In this document: positions 29,448 to 44,782 of the stretch, piece by piece
How positions within the stretch are numbered: the stretch's first letter is position 1
Layout of the letters: each line of letters begins with the position of its first letter
Assembly (NCBI GenBank): GCA_012295275.1
Contig: CM022672.1
Location: forward strand, 1,364,001-1,428,000
Direction of reading: 5' to 3'
Length of the DNA stretch: 64,000 nucleotides
From: Chrysomallon squamiferum
Taxonomy: Eukaryota; Animalia; Mollusca
Notes under the pieces: generated by a model
The model's input: the letters and a program-made list of their open reading frames with translations, nothing else
What the model was told of the DNA's origin: nothing
Database searches by the model: none
Position numbers and translations under genes: made by a program

Positions 29448-29820
29448 CGCATACATACATACATACACACACACATACACACATACATACATACATGCAT
29501 ACACACATACATACATACATACATACACACATACATACATACATGCATACACACATACATACATACATACATACATACACGCATACACACATACACACAT
29601 CCATACATACATACATACATACACACACACATACATACATACACACATACACACACGCATACACACATACACACACACATACATACATGCATACACATTT
29701 ACTCACACATACATACATACATATACATTTACTCACACATACATATACACACACCAGAGGCACATACAGCTACAGATACATACATACATACAGACTAACG
29801 CACACATACGTACATACACA
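29307..29820. repeat. Compound (CATA)n/(CA)n tract
   Basis: Direct reading; the source of five spurious ORFs. Confidence 0.95.
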
Positions 29821-29941
29821 TTTTAAAGTCGTATTTTGTTTTTCTAACGTTTTCATTAAAACTATTTAATAATTAAACTAAAAAAATAATCAGGGAAACA
29901 CGCAAACTAATAAGTTGACAAACAAACAAACAAAAGTAAAA

Positions 29942-29980
<39 letters not shown>

Positions 29981-32900
29981 AAATAACAAGCCAATAAATT
30001 AATCATTACGACGTTCCCAAACATTAACGATCCAATCTGCTAATTCTGACGAACATAATTATGTGAAACAGAAACATATTTCCTGTCTAATTTTCCCATT
30101 TATCCTGGCAACTCAGAGTTCATTTCTATTTTTTCAATTATATTATTAACTTTGACACATGTTGTTTAGTGTTATCTGCAGAAGTCAGAGCATTGCATAG
30201 CTCTTTCAGCACGTACAAGTTCAGATAACAGGCCTGTACAAACGATTAGAGATAAAGAACAAACGGAGAGAGAAAGTTAAAACGCCCGTAACTAAATTGC
30301 CTTTCCATAAGTGTCTAACTGAAGGTACAGACAAAAAGAAGAAGAAGAAAAAACTATAGAAGTTTAATAACAAATAACAAAAAATTGTTATCTCTATTCT
30401 TAACATGTTTGAAAGGATTAGTTCTAAAGCCATAGCATCCGCTTTTGAAATCTACCGTGCTTCCCGGAGATTTTCGTAAGCATTTTTACATATATGACGG
30501 AAGCATCATGCGCTATTGTTAGCAAACAGAACAAAAAAGAAACACAAAAAAAGAAGAGGAAAATTGGAAAAGGAAACAAGAACAGAAAAAAAAAAGAAAA
30601 AGATTAAAAACAACAGTTAAAAGTACTCTGCAGGTCTAATGATTATAATTTCTGATGTTGTAGCAGGTAAAGATATTTTCACTTTTGGCTCGAAGTTTTA
30701 CAGAAAAACAAAATGACGAAGGGTGTAACCTTGACTAACACCTATTTACAGATTATTTACTTTTATTTAGAAGAAACAGAGAATTTAAAGGCTGCTGCCA
30801 TTTCAAAATTACAATGAGAAAAACAATTAAGTTTTATGCTGCGGTTTAAGTATGATGTAATTAGATTCTTTCTATATAGTGCAGAAAATAAAGAAAAGTA
30901 AAGAACAATTTTTTTTAAAGATTTGATATGTCTACTTCAGATGTGAGCTGTAAACCGCTAAACACTCAATGATATTATTAAGATAAATTTGTAATCAGAT
31001 ACCTTTAAATTCAAAGGAACGGATATAGGTTTCAGTCAAGTGAGAAATGTAATATTTTAAGTCTTTAATGTGAATGTGTCCATGAATACATAAAGGAAAT
31101 CATATTCTGAAAGTATACTACGTGCTTTTTGAATTTATACATATAGAAACAAACTTAAAATAACACACACACACACACACACACGCACCCACTCACACAC
31201 ACAATGAAAGAAAGAACGAGCGAACAAACCGACGAATTAACAGAAACAAAAAAGGAAGGAAAAAAAAAGAAAGAGGAAAAAAAAAAGGAAAGGAAGATCC
31301 GTGCTTAAAAATTATTTTGACAGATTCCACAAAGATTAAATTTCAGCCATTCTGGGAAATTACTTTTCTTACAAATGAAATTTAAATTTTTCAGTTTATA
31401 TGCTGACAGCTGAATTTGGTTTTAATTCGCGTTTTATAAACCGAGATAACCATAAAAAATATAGTCACTGTTAGCGATTTCTACATCAAAAGGGTCGATT
31501 GCCATTACTAGGAAATACAATATTTTTATTTCTTGATAGTCTGATGTTATATATTTCACGTTTTTTATTATTTTTTTTTATTTCATTTTAATTTTTATTT
31601 CTTTATTTCTTTCTTTATTTCTTTATTTATTTATTATTATTTTTTTTTATTATTATTTTTTTTTTTATTGTCACTTTGTAGACTACACTGAAAATCACTT
31701 GTATGAGGTGCTGTTAAACTTGATGCTCAAATATTTTATATACGTAATGAAGCAAGTTGAGATAAAAAAATAATAATAACAATACGAAGAAGTAGTCTTA
31801 GTAGTTCTAGTAGTCGTAGAAATAGTAGTAGTAATAGTTGTTGTAGTCATAGTCGTAGTAGTAGCAGTATTAAAAGAAATAGAAATTTTTAGCAGCAACC
31901 GTAGAAGCAGCGATGGTAATATTAATAATTATATTTGTCAGCCGCGGAATTCAGAACAAGACATGACGGCTTTTACAAAACCGTCCCTCTGTGTACAGAA
32001 TCCAGGGGTAAGTATTTGAATTCTTTGTTAGAGAAGCCTTCAGCTCCGTCAATAAAGAAACTTTTATTACAGCTACGGATCACAGCTCGTCATTGCCTAC
32101 CGCAATCTACGGATGGGTTCAAATGTTGGCCGCTAATACGTTAATATCCATAGCCAGGCTTTAGATGACGTGAGGATTTATTGGGGGAATTGTATCAGTA
32201 ATACGGCTCTTTTAAATCTGTTGTAGATAACGATGGAATGCATTTACAGATTTCGTTATCTGGTTGTGGGTGATATTAACATGCTTGGAACTGTTAAGGT
32301 ATGCCTGTCGTGAAGTGTTTTCGACTAAATAATGTTTTGTTGAATGGTGTCGAATGTTCTGATCAGTGCACACGGAGAAAATGAGGAGTGATTAAAGTCA
32401 GTTTACAGATTTAGTGTATTGTAGCAGGTGATGTGCAGCAGCATCCATATTTCAGACGAAGGTTCAGATGCGAATACACAAAATAAGTTTCGCGAGATCT
32501 TTAACACAGCGTGTGTACAAGGAAATTAATAAACGGTATTTGTTTTTACAATGAAGTATACAGAATCAGTTTATTTTTCTTGAACAAGTTATCAGTTACT
32601 GTTTATATTTAAGAATCTATAAAAGTAAAATAAAAATGAAGTTATAGTTAGCAGGACTTGTATGATGTACGGAAAACACGCACGCACACACACACACACA
32701 TGCTCACGCAGACACACATGCGTGCACATGCAAACATTCATGCAGACTTAGGTATCAAATGTGTAGAGATCCACAAACTCTGTAAAACAGTGCCGCTTCT
32801 TACGTCTGTATGTACCAGCTTTTGGTGCAAGTCTACTTAGCAGACGAAAAACAGATCGCTTAGTGACACAGATTTCTGATAGTTTAGTCAGCTACGTGCT

Positions 32901-35900
32901 GTCTGCGATAACACTTAAAATAAACTCACAAAGAAACAAACCAAAAAAATAAAAATAAAAATAAAACTGGAATCGTAGAACTACGTTCCACTTGAAGCAA
33001 TACTTCCACGGATAAACATGCTCCAAGAATATGTGTTTGTAATTTTATTCTGTTGTTTTGTCTCTTGTTATCTGATGATTCATTAGTAATAAAATGATCC
33101 ATCAAGATATCATTATCTTCATCTCCTTGATTTTTGTTTCTTATTTTTTTTCTTATCTCAGTTATATTCGAATACTTTTATGAATTTTTATTTCCTGAGT
33201 ACACATAAGAGTACACAGAATGGGTATAATAATTATAAGCAGTATCGATCAAGCAATACTCATTTGATTATCGACAGTTTTGTAAAACGACTCTCTCGGT
33301 CTCTTTCTTACTCTGACGCTCTCATTCTCTCTCACTCGCTTTATATACATATGATGTACTTTCTGTGTCCTCTAGCTATCTCATTTTTAAAAATTATTTC
33401 TCTGTCTGCTTAACACACAAACACACAGACACACAGAAATATATACACACATAAATATATACACACATTAACAAAAGCACAACACATACACATACACTTA
33501 CACTTGTCTGTTAAAATATTATTTGACAATTCCCCTCCCAGGTTGAAAAGAGTCTCGATTTTTCAAGACGAGTCATTTAAAGAGACTGCATAAGTTTCAT
33601 TAGGGTCTGCAACGTTGGCTTCAGCGTGCTCCGATATTCCATTTTCACTGTCTGCAACTGATTTTACAAATTACAAATTATTTCTCAGCGTTGGAATGAG
33701 AATGTATGGGACGTGAAATTAAATTTGTCACATGTTGCAGCCATTTAACTTCGGCAAGGTTTCTTTCCAGGACTGGTCCGCGGTTCGTGCGATCGAATTT
33801 GACGCAGCAAATTGGTCTCTTAACGCATCCTTGGGTTCTGTTACCGGTAATTGTAGGAGGTATTACTCCAATGTACATATTAGCACAGGCTCGCAGATAA
33901 CCCGGTGTTGCCAAACACGGGATAAATGTAGGGGATTTTTATTTATTTATTTATTTATTTATTTCTGCTGTGGATTATTACTTTTCCTTCTACTTCATGC
34001 AGGTTTGCCGGAAAACGGTAATTCACGAAAATAAGATATTCGCGAGTAAACAAAACGAAGCGTTGCCTTGGTGATGTTAGAGGTTTATTTATGAAGTTAA
34101 AGATCGCGCCATGGTAACGTTTTTCAAACTTCATGAGAACCTCTTCTGAAAAAAAATACAAATAAAATACAAAATAAATTAAAATAATTATTACGTTAAT
34201 ACTTTGTTCGAGTTATGGTTTCCGTGCTAGAAGAGTGTTAAAAAGAAAAAAAAACATATTTAATGACATTTGTCCCGAAAAGTCTTTTTTTATATATTTA
34301 CAGAAAATGCTTACGTTGAAATGTATCAAGATATATTGCTGACATATCATTTATTATTGGTTGTGTGATAGAGAAATGTTAATCTCTTTATAATTTCAAA
34401 TAAATTACAGTAGATTAAATATCTGTACATAATACTGTTTTCTTCTTCTTGTTTAAATTGTATGGTTATGTGAAAGATTGTTTCCTGCTAAAGGAATCGT
34501 AAAAGATTGAAGCCGTATTTATTTCATTGCATTTTAATTTTTATTCATTTGCTCTTTTAATTTTTTTTTTTTTTTTTTGTATATTTTTATTATTTTTATT
34601 ATCATTATTTTTTTCAATGGGGTAAATCTAGCTGCAAGTAGCAGACGACCTTGAGTTTTAATTTACATTTCTATTTATAAGTTTTGTAACTTAAGAAATT
34701 CTGATTTCGCTAAAAATAAATTCTTCACCTAGCTCTAAATTGATGCTCAGTTTCTATATTTTTCTTTCTTCTTTATTTCACTTATGTTTTCTTTCATTAT
34801 CATTTATGTTTGTTTTATTTCCTTTTTATTTTTCTTCTAAATTGGCACTTTCTTTCTTTTTTTAACTTCTTTTTAAAAAAAGTTTGGTTAAATCATTCTG
34901 AATAAATATTCCTTTTGTTATTATGTGGTTTATTTGCATATCTGATTCAGCAATATTATTCTTAAATAAAAGGATACGAGGAAAAGAAAGGAATTTGATA
35001 AAACAGTAGTATCAATTTCAAACATCGACTCAAATAGTATCACGTTTAATTTTTTTATATTTCCGTTTTTTTTATTTATTTATTTTTTTTTATTTATTTA
35101 AATATTTAAAATTTGTGTTTCCCCTGATTTATAACTGAAAATGTGAATTTCAGTAGAATTCGACTATAACTGCCAAATTAATTAATCTGTAATTCATTTT
35201 AAAGAACTATAAATTAACAGATTGTTAGCAATCTATTAAACATGAATTATATATTCAGCCGTCTTTTATATCTAAGTTGTGACGTTTATGTTAGAATATT
35301 CAGCAATAACTGAAAATAAAAATCGTTATATATTGACTGGGAAGCTTTAATTCGGTGTTTAAACAACTAAACTGGCTTGGAAATTTCATTTTTTCATATC
35401 AGACGGAAGATTGTTGCCTTATATTCCAGTTAGGTTCAAGCGGACTAGAACTTCAGTTTCAATAAGAGAAATACCAGATGAAAAACTATAGGGCAGCAAC
35501 ACTCTCAGTGCTTGCAGACAATTATCTGTTATTCTGTCGTAATTAGTACAAATTACACTTAATCTTAGTTTGAAAACGTAGCTCAGTTTCCTGTACAACT
35601 TCCTAGCAGTAACCACAATTCTCTCCTCATACATCCGCCGAGCGAGTAGAAAATTTAATGTTCTTCAAGCTGTTAACGTTTTTTTTTCATAGGAATAGAA
35701 AAATTATGGTTGCTTTGCATGACAGTAATACATCCCAACAAGCAGTGCTGAATTTTTTCATCTTCTTTTTTTTTTTTTTAAATTCTTTTTCTCACGAAAA
35801 CTACCCACCCACGAAATCAGACTACAGGAAGTTTCAATTTCGTTTGGCAAACTTCCTCTTTGCGAACCCGGCGCATCTCAGTAATTTCGACAAACAATTC

Positions 35901-36838
35901 AAATCCTTGGCGACAGACTCCCTGAACAGAAATCGAGCGTTGGAATTTCACGATTTAATAATGTCGAACATTTATATAATAAAATAAAATCGATTGTGAA
36001 ACATGAGCTGTGTCATGTTGCAATTCGCGGAAGACATGAGATAATTTTCTAGGTCGAAATCGGCTATTAAATTACGTTCTGATATATAGGACATAGCTCG
36101 TTGCCAAGTGGGACGAAAAATCAAATTTGTACTTGAGAGCAGTTAAGGCGTCAACGAATGTCTGCTTTTATTCGATTGCCTGAATTCCACCAAGTTATGA
36201 TTTCCGAGAGAACCACAGAAATAAAGAAATGGTGAAGGTAACCAATTTTGACCGAGGCGGAAAAGAAACGATAAAAACAACCCTAAGAATAATAGAGCCG
36301 ATTGATTCATTCCGTGTTTTTATGTAGACAGTTGACATTTAGCGAAATGTCACACTAAAGATATTGCACTTTCAGTGTTCTTTCTGTGTTACAGCCGTCA
36401 TGTCGTCTTTCGCAATTTTCAATTTATTTCATTTTTGCTTCAAACACCAATAAACAGTGTGATCTGATTCAAAGACAAACTTTTTCCGCTGTCAAAGATC
36501 GAAATCCACTGTCATGCTTAACTACAGGAATATCGGACAAATCAAAATACGTTTTGCTACTGTTGTTGTTGTATCAATCTAAATAATACTTTTATTGTTG
36601 TTGTTGTTGTTGTTATATCAATTTAAATAAAACGTGATTTTTTTGTTGTTGTTTTTGTTATTTTCGTGGGGTTTTTGGTTTTTTATTTAAATTTATTTTG
36701 AGTTGGTTTTATTGTTACTTTTTTTGTTGTTGTTGTTTTAAATCTAGGAATTTATGTATGGGAAGGTGCATTCCGCTAATGTGTAGGAGTAATATTTTAA
36801 TATTAATTGCCTGAATTATGGAAACATTAACCATATAT

Positions 36839-36893
<55 letters not shown>

Positions 36894-39600
36894 TCTGCTG
36901 TCAGACGTTTTAATGCTTATTTGAGATGAATCAGGAAAAGAGGTTACTGTACGTTTCAAACATGAAACAGATACAAATATGGACAGAAAATAAATTTCTT
37001 TTTCAGTGCATTAATTGCATCTAGTTACACAAAAACAGTTTTTTAAGTATGTGTGTGTAGTTGTCTGCGCATTTTTATGTGTTTGATTTTTACTGTGAGA
37101 GAGAACCGGACTTCATGTTTCCTTTCAATCTGTTTCATATGGAATTTTAATGAAATTCTTTACCCCAATCTCTGTATGCTAACTGCGATTATTGTTGCGT
37201 AGTTATTATAAAAATTATTGTTTTTGCTCATTTACTTTGCTTACTTCCTGTTTTTCTTTAAAAATATGTTCAGTGCAATTTCCTGAAACAGTGAATATTG
37301 ACACTAAACTGGAGTTATTTCAATGCATACACAGAATATATTTGTCAGTAAATCTAATATGAAATTTATTTTTAAAAAAATCTATCCGTAGATGAAAATA
37401 AAGCGCAAATATTATTAATAATAACAAATCCCTTTTTTATTTTTTTATTTTATTTTATTTATTTAATATTATTATTTATTTTATTTTTTATAATTTATTT
37501 TTTTTGTCTTTTAATAATTTTCGCATCTCATATAATTTAAATATAATATGATCCTGTACGCTTGCATGCTATGTATGGGTTACATTCAATATAGTTATGT
37601 TGTTTGTTTCTTTAAGCCATCTGTTATATGCATATTTCTTACTAATAATAAAGAATTAAAAAAAAATAAGAAACCAGAGAAAATATACATACGCTTAAAT
37701 TTTTCTCTTTATTCTTGATGTCTTCTTATTCACATTTTGTTTAAACTACTTTTTTTAAAAGAAAGAAAATGATCTGATAAAATTAGATGATACTGTAACC
37801 TAACTCTGTTTAAAAAAAAAATGTAAATGTTTTATCTTTTCTGTGTTCACGTTTTTACATTATTCTTGTTTTTATTACAAAAAAGACTCGTTGCCGCAAA
37901 AGAGTTAAACGATCGCTTGTAAAGTTATTAGTGTTTTTGCTCGTAGAAAAACGAGACTAAGAATGTTAATTACTAACGTAAGAGTGTCGACATTCTCAGC
38001 ACAGGTCTGTTTGTTTCGTTTGAAGAGACATGGAAGTGTTCGCTGAGAAATTGTTTGTGAATGAAGCGAATAATAGAAATACCTGTCGTCAGTCAATAAC
38101 AGCAGCAGCCTTGGGAAGCTGAGCAGAAGTTTGAACGTCTTACTGGCGATGACAAAAAAGTGTACAGTACATATCTGCTGATGCAATAAAGTGTGATCAG
38201 AATAACCTCAGTATGTTACAGTGTTAACAACTGTTATGTGGCAAACATGTTGACGGATATGCTGAATGTTCGTTTGGTTATTGTTTGTTGTTGGGTTTTG
38301 GGGGATTTTTTTATTTGTTTTGTTTTGCTTTTTGTGAAATTTACATTTTGTTGCTGTTGTTGTTTTTGTTGTTGTTGTTGCTGCTGTTGTTATGTCTGCG
38401 TAATCATGATATGAGAGGTAACCACTTTTCATAGGCTATTCTTATCGATGAAAAGTTCATATGCACACACACACAGACATGACAGTACATTCCACGCATT
38501 TTATAATCTGCTAGTTGGGCTGTGTCTTGATTGGAAAGCGAAGATACGATCATGCTACCCGTCACACCCGATAAACATCTAAGTCGTAACTAGACTTCAT
38601 TTTCCACAGAGGACGCAAACACGTTTAAACCTCTACTCGGAGCACCTAAAGGTCAAATATCACATTTCCCTTTGTTTATGTTTTCTTCATTGTTTTAGCA
38701 CCACAAGAATGTAAAAAAAAAAACAAGAAAAAAAACATACCTGTTTTTAGTGGAATGCTGGTGTTAACCCTGCTAACAAATCACACAGTTATGTACAATC
38801 ATACACTTCTGTCATCACCAGACATGAGTGTGCACGAATAAAAGCTAAATACAGATTGTTTACAACTCATATTTCTTCTCAAGAAAAAAACCTAAAAGAA
38901 AACACTGTCAGTGAGGAACGCTTGTATGTTTCTCAGGGTATTTCTGTTGATTGTAATATACTTTTGGCAACACGAATTCGGAAAAATTAATTTTAAAACA
39001 CGAATTTGGCAAATGAATGATCCACAGATAAACACAGGCAAGACGTAAGCATATAAACTGCAAGATGTATACTTGTGTTCGAGTACACTCGTTTGCTTTT
39101 ATTCATTTTTTCTTGGCGTTTTTTCTAGGATTTTTTTTTTTTTTTTTTTTGTTCCTGTTGTTTTCATTTTTATTTTTATTTTATTAAAAACCGCATGCAT
39201 AAAATATATTAAATTTGCGAAGGGTTATCAGAATTTTAAAAAAGGTAGAGGATAAAGCATTTTGTTGATGAGCATTCCAAACACGCCCACACCTGTGAAA
39301 ACTAGACCCGTCCTTGAGTTGCCAGGGCAAATGCACTAAGAAACGATTGTGTTACCTTTGAAATATATTTTAATGAACGTTGCTGTCGAAAGATATTTCT
39401 GTAGAATAACAAAACAAGAATATTGTATTTCCGAGCTAAAACAGTAAAACCAGCACGTCACGCCATACAGAACATTCAGCAAAGGCCAGGATATAACAAA
39501 AAAAAGTAAATACTTCGACATGTCAATAAACAGGAGAAACTGGATGAATTTAATATAGATTTATTTCTTCTTCTTATTTTTGATCTTATTACTCATTCTT

Positions 39601-39637
<37 letters not shown>

Positions 39638-40033
39638 ACACACACACACTCTGTAATATATAGATATATCTCATTCAATTTTTTTCTCTCACTCTCTCTC
39701 ATTCTCGGTTTTTTCTTTCTTTCCATCTCTCTATCTTTCCAGACGGTTATATCTTTCTCTTTTCAGCTATTTATTTATTTATTTATTTATTTATTTATTT
39801 GTCTTTCTCTCTCTCATGCTCTGCCTATCAATATATCAACATATCTGTTTATAACTCTTTCATTCATTTATCTTCTTTACTGTTTTAAATGATGTCGTTT
39901 TTCAATTTTTTCTAACATTTTCGCTTTTTTATTTCTCTCTCTGTTTCTCTCTCTTTGTCTGTCTATCTATCTATCTATCAATCTATATATATATATATTT
40001 ATCTGCCTATCTATATATCTATCTATCTATCTA

Positions 40034-40074
<41 letters not shown>

Positions 40075-43000
40075 AACTCCCACTCTCATTCACAGTTCCC
40101 CTATAGCCCAAATTTACTGAATATGAAAAGAGAAGAAAGACAAATCCACTTCTAAAACAAAATTATCCAAACTCTCTTTTTTTTCTTCATCTTTTACCCT
40201 TGTAATAATAGCATCAGCACTCATTTAACTAGATGATGTAACACTTCATTCTTACGGCAGCTCTCCCTAACCGTTTTCGACAAGCTTCAAAACATATTTA
40301 TCTCTCCGCTTCATAATGCTTCTCACTCCCGACCTAGAGTACGCTCTGTTAGGCTAATTTCGACATTTCACTTTGTATAACAAGCAAGAGCTAAGTGCAT
40401 TTACCAAGAGCGCATTAAAATACTCCAATTTTGGAATGACCATTAGTTTTCCGAAGACCACCCATAATAATGACTAGCATCGAAAGCCTCGCTAGCTTAT
40501 TGGCTGTTAGTGTCGGTGCTAAATTGCAGTGATTCTGCGCCGGAAACGGAAAGAGCGGCACTCATGCACCGGATGAGTGGGTCCGCGCAACCGGAACAAG
40601 CACAGAAGTGAAAGGTAAAGAGAGAGGCGTGATGCTAAGTTGGTCGTTAGAAGTCGCATGCAGCTGAGGTCAAAAGATAACGTGCCGGTCGGATTGGAAG
40701 AAAAAAAAAATACCCGACATTATCAGATAGAATACCGTTTTTATGTGTAATATGATTAATGTTTGTTTGTTTATTGTTCTGTATATCGTATTGCTTGTTT
40801 TGCACATTAATATTTACACACATGTAAAACATATATAATACACACACACAAACGTGTTAGTGGTTATTTTTGTAACTGTGCATATCCAGAGTAACTGTAA
40901 GAGTTTCTGGTTTGGTGGGGGCCCGAACTTTTACCTCTTTTTATTTATATATTTGTAATTATTATTATTATTATTTAATTTTATCATTTTTTCCTTTGAT
41001 CTCGACGTCCATTGTGCGTTCCCTGCATTTCATTCCACGTGGTCATTTCGGAAAGACTTCTAGTATACCCCCGTCTGACCTTCTTCTACGCCTCATACAT
41101 ACCATCCACCACCCGAACACGTCTTCCAGTCCAGCCAAGATTGATTTTCCTGTTGTTTAGACTCGATGATTGACCCATCACAAGCAGAGATCAAAAGGAA
41201 GGCAGATGAATTTTGTAAATGGCCAATCAATAAAGAGCTTTCACCCTTAACCGCGGTTTCCAGGAAGATTAGTTTGCTATCAGAGAGGCCCGCGTTCTCG
41301 AGACGTCTGCTAATCAAAAGCGACGTATCAAATACGTTTTACATTCATATTAGCTCCCAGTTCTGGGTCGAAGTGTTCATCTCTTGTTCATGCAGAACCT
41401 CGCAGTGAAATCTGACAGTGAAGCGAAATAAATAAATAATAAGGCAATGAGAAAAGAAATATGAGGAGGCTTTTGTTGTCGTTCTTGTTGTATTTTTGTT
41501 GTTGTTGTTGTTTCTTTTATTTATTCATTTTTATTTTTTTTTTTAGTAATTATTATTTTTAGTTATTTTCGTTGTTGTTGTTGTTCACCTATCATGGTAT
41601 GTGTGTGGTAAAGAAACGTCGTTAAGAAAACAAGAAAAATAAAATGCTCCGAAAAATCTGTCATTATTAAGAAAGAAACTTCAGTATTTCAAAAATACTG
41701 TCCAGTTAAAATGAAGCAGTTTATTTCGCTGCGTATGTAAAGTTAAAGACATATTTTTGAAATCTGAAAAAACATTTTTTGTGTTACTACAAACTGATAT
41801 CCACCGGTATTGTTATTACGCCTACACCGAATTATATTAATGATTACAAAATGGCGGAAATTATTGGAACAAATTGTATTTATCTAATCAGATTTCTGAA
41901 CTAAGACTGAAATAAAACTAAATCGGTAAATAAATTAACTGGTTTTTTTGTATAATTTATCTGATAAACATAAATAAAAATTACGAGCGTGAATGAATTA
42001 TCATAAAGATGGTAACACGTGGCTATACTTCAGATACAAACGCGAGCATTTTAGCTACTTGCTCCTTTAATATCGAACACTGGATAGAAAGGCAGACAAA
42101 ATGACAGTCAAACACATAGATTAATAGATAACCTGCTAGACAGACAGACAGAGAGTCAGATAGAATAATAGATAAATATGTAGATAAATAGATAGCTAGC
42201 TAGAACGATAGACAAAAAAACCAGGAAGTCAGACAAACGGACTGATATATTCCAGACAAAAACAAATACTTTGATAGCAATATTTTATATTTATGAGGCT
42301 GCTCTAGTCTGTGATTTGTGAAAAAAGAAAAGTTTTGAACAATGAAATCTATTTTCCGAGTCTTCAAAAGATTATTACTAAACAGTTTTACGAAACACTA
42401 CTAAGACATTTTTGTTCCTTTGCAGAACAAAACCTTGTCAAAAGTCTTCAATTAAAACCATCGGTCATCGACCTCACCTAGATATTTCTTCATCATCATC
42501 TTCTTCTTCTTCTTCTTCTTCTTGTTATCCTTTTAAGTCGCTAACTTAAATTGTAGCTCTGGGAGTCGTGCTATTACCGTAACCCTACAAAATACTGTCA
42601 TTGTTACGAATGTGATACCATCTCTCTCGTCAGTCTGATTGGCTGCAACTGTTTTGACTTCTGCCATCGTTCAAGAGCTCGGTGAAGTATGGAAAATTAT
42701 AAGACCACTTCATTTGTACTGGGTAATGCATAATGTTAATGAATGTGTGTATCACTGTGTTGCTAAAGGCAATGAAAGACGCGAGAACCGATCTTTTTAA
42801 CACTTTCACTTTGTGAAAGCTGACACAGACTTTGAAATTTTAATACAGCGAGCAGTGTTATATATATGGGTCAGTGGGTATTTGTTTATTTATTCGTTAA
42901 TTTTTTATTTTTTATTCTTTGTTTATTTTTTATTTATTTTATCTTTTTTTTTGTTTTGTTATTTTCTTTGTGTTTTTTTTTTGTTATTTTTTAATTATAT

Positions 43001-43596
43001 AATTTTGTAATTAAAATAATTGTTATTATTATAGATTTATTTTTTGATCTACTACAGCTAATAATATTAGTATATTAATATACGACTACTATTGTTATCA
43101 TAATCATTATTATCATGATCATTATGATCATTATTATTATTACTATCATCATCAGCATTATTTTTTTTTTTCCACAATCTATTTATTTTTAATCTTACCT
43201 ACTTATATGTTATGATATTTACCCTTTTCTTCACATTCTCAGCTTTATTTTAGTTTTATTTCATTTGTATTTAATTTTTCTTTCTCTAAATGTATTTCCA
43301 CTTTCCCTTTCGATGATATTCCAATTAAACAAACAATTATCAGCTCCCACATAAACGTCTGCATGATTTTCATATAAATCTTTACTATTTCGTACTCAGA
43401 CGCTTTAGATTAGAAATTCTGTGTAATTCTCTGAGTCTGTCGAACAGCGGATGCGATGATAAATTGATTTCTGGGGGGAAAATTACCGCACGATTATTAG
43501 AAATCGAAAATTGCGTAGAATAATTTCTGGCTTAAGAAATATGTTTTTCTTTCCTTATTTCATTTTATTATTATGATGATGATTATTAACAGCATC

Positions 43597-43609
43597 ATTA
43601 TTATTATTA

Positions 43610-43668
<59 letters not shown>

Positions 43669-43750
43669 GTTGTTGTTGTTGTTGTTGTTATTATTGTTAT
43701 TATTATTATTGTTATTATTATTGTTATTATTATTATTATTATTATTATTA
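43597..43750. repeat. (ATT)n/(GTT)n microsatellite
   Basis: Direct reading. Confidence 0.95.
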
Positions 43751-44664
43751 ATGAATATGTGGAAAAAAAAAATTATTTTTTATTTTAGCTAGTAATAAGT
43801 TCATAGTACATAATTATCATCATAATCGTTCCATCATCATCATAACGATTACTGTTATTATCATCAGCTCATCATAATCATAATAACTGATGTTGTTGTT
43901 GTTATTATTATTAACATTATAATATTATACTTTGTTTTATTTATTTTTTATTAATATTTTTTTTTTTTTATTTACCTTTTTGTTGGTATTCTTGTGGTGT
44001 GGTGTTTGAGTTTTGTTGTTTCTTTTATTCGTTTTTTCATATTTCTTCTGTCCGTGTGTGTGTGTGTGTTTTTTCTCAGGTTGTTTTCTTTTTTTTTTTT
44101 TTTTTTTTGATATATTTTGTTTTCTCGTTGTTTTTTGGGTTTTTTTTTTATACACTACTTCTATTTGTTTTTTTTCCGTAAATAATGTATAATGCATTTT
44201 TTTTTTTTTTCGTTTTTATTAATAATTTTCCATGAACCTGTCTCTTTAATCAAACAAACAGTTAAACAGGCGTGGCTCACGTGAATAACTTCTTTGTTTT
44301 GTTAGTTCTGTTTTCCATTATTGTTACGTATGGAACATAAACACAACATTACAATTTACTTAAAAGAACAACATTCCTGTTTATGGAAATCAATACTGAC
44401 ATGATTTTTTCCTTGCTCTAAAATCTTGTTTTGCTTTTAAAAACAACAATATACTCACCTTTGATCCTTTGTGTGTAATTATTATTTTTTGTTTTTTAAA
44501 TGAGTTATACCTGAAAAAGTGATTGCATCTAAACATGCATGTTGTTTTAAAAGTTGTTAAAAAAAAAGACGTATTACTCTCTCAACGTTTGCGTTGTGTT
44601 TTAATTTCAGGAAATGATGTTCTAAAACTTCTCGAGTCATCGACATTATCTACTGACATTATCC

Positions 44665-44782
<118 letters not shown>

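Noticed and set aside
29206-29869. Long His/Thr/Tyr- and Cys/Val/Met-rich ORFs (also near 3.2, 6.3, 8.8, 23.2 and 56.2 kb)
   Set aside because: Translations of CATA/CA microsatellites, open in several frames on both strands.
41093-41408. Overlapping 74- and 80-aa ORFs in a high-complexity island
   Set aside because: No recognisable protein motif; lengths are compatible with chance.
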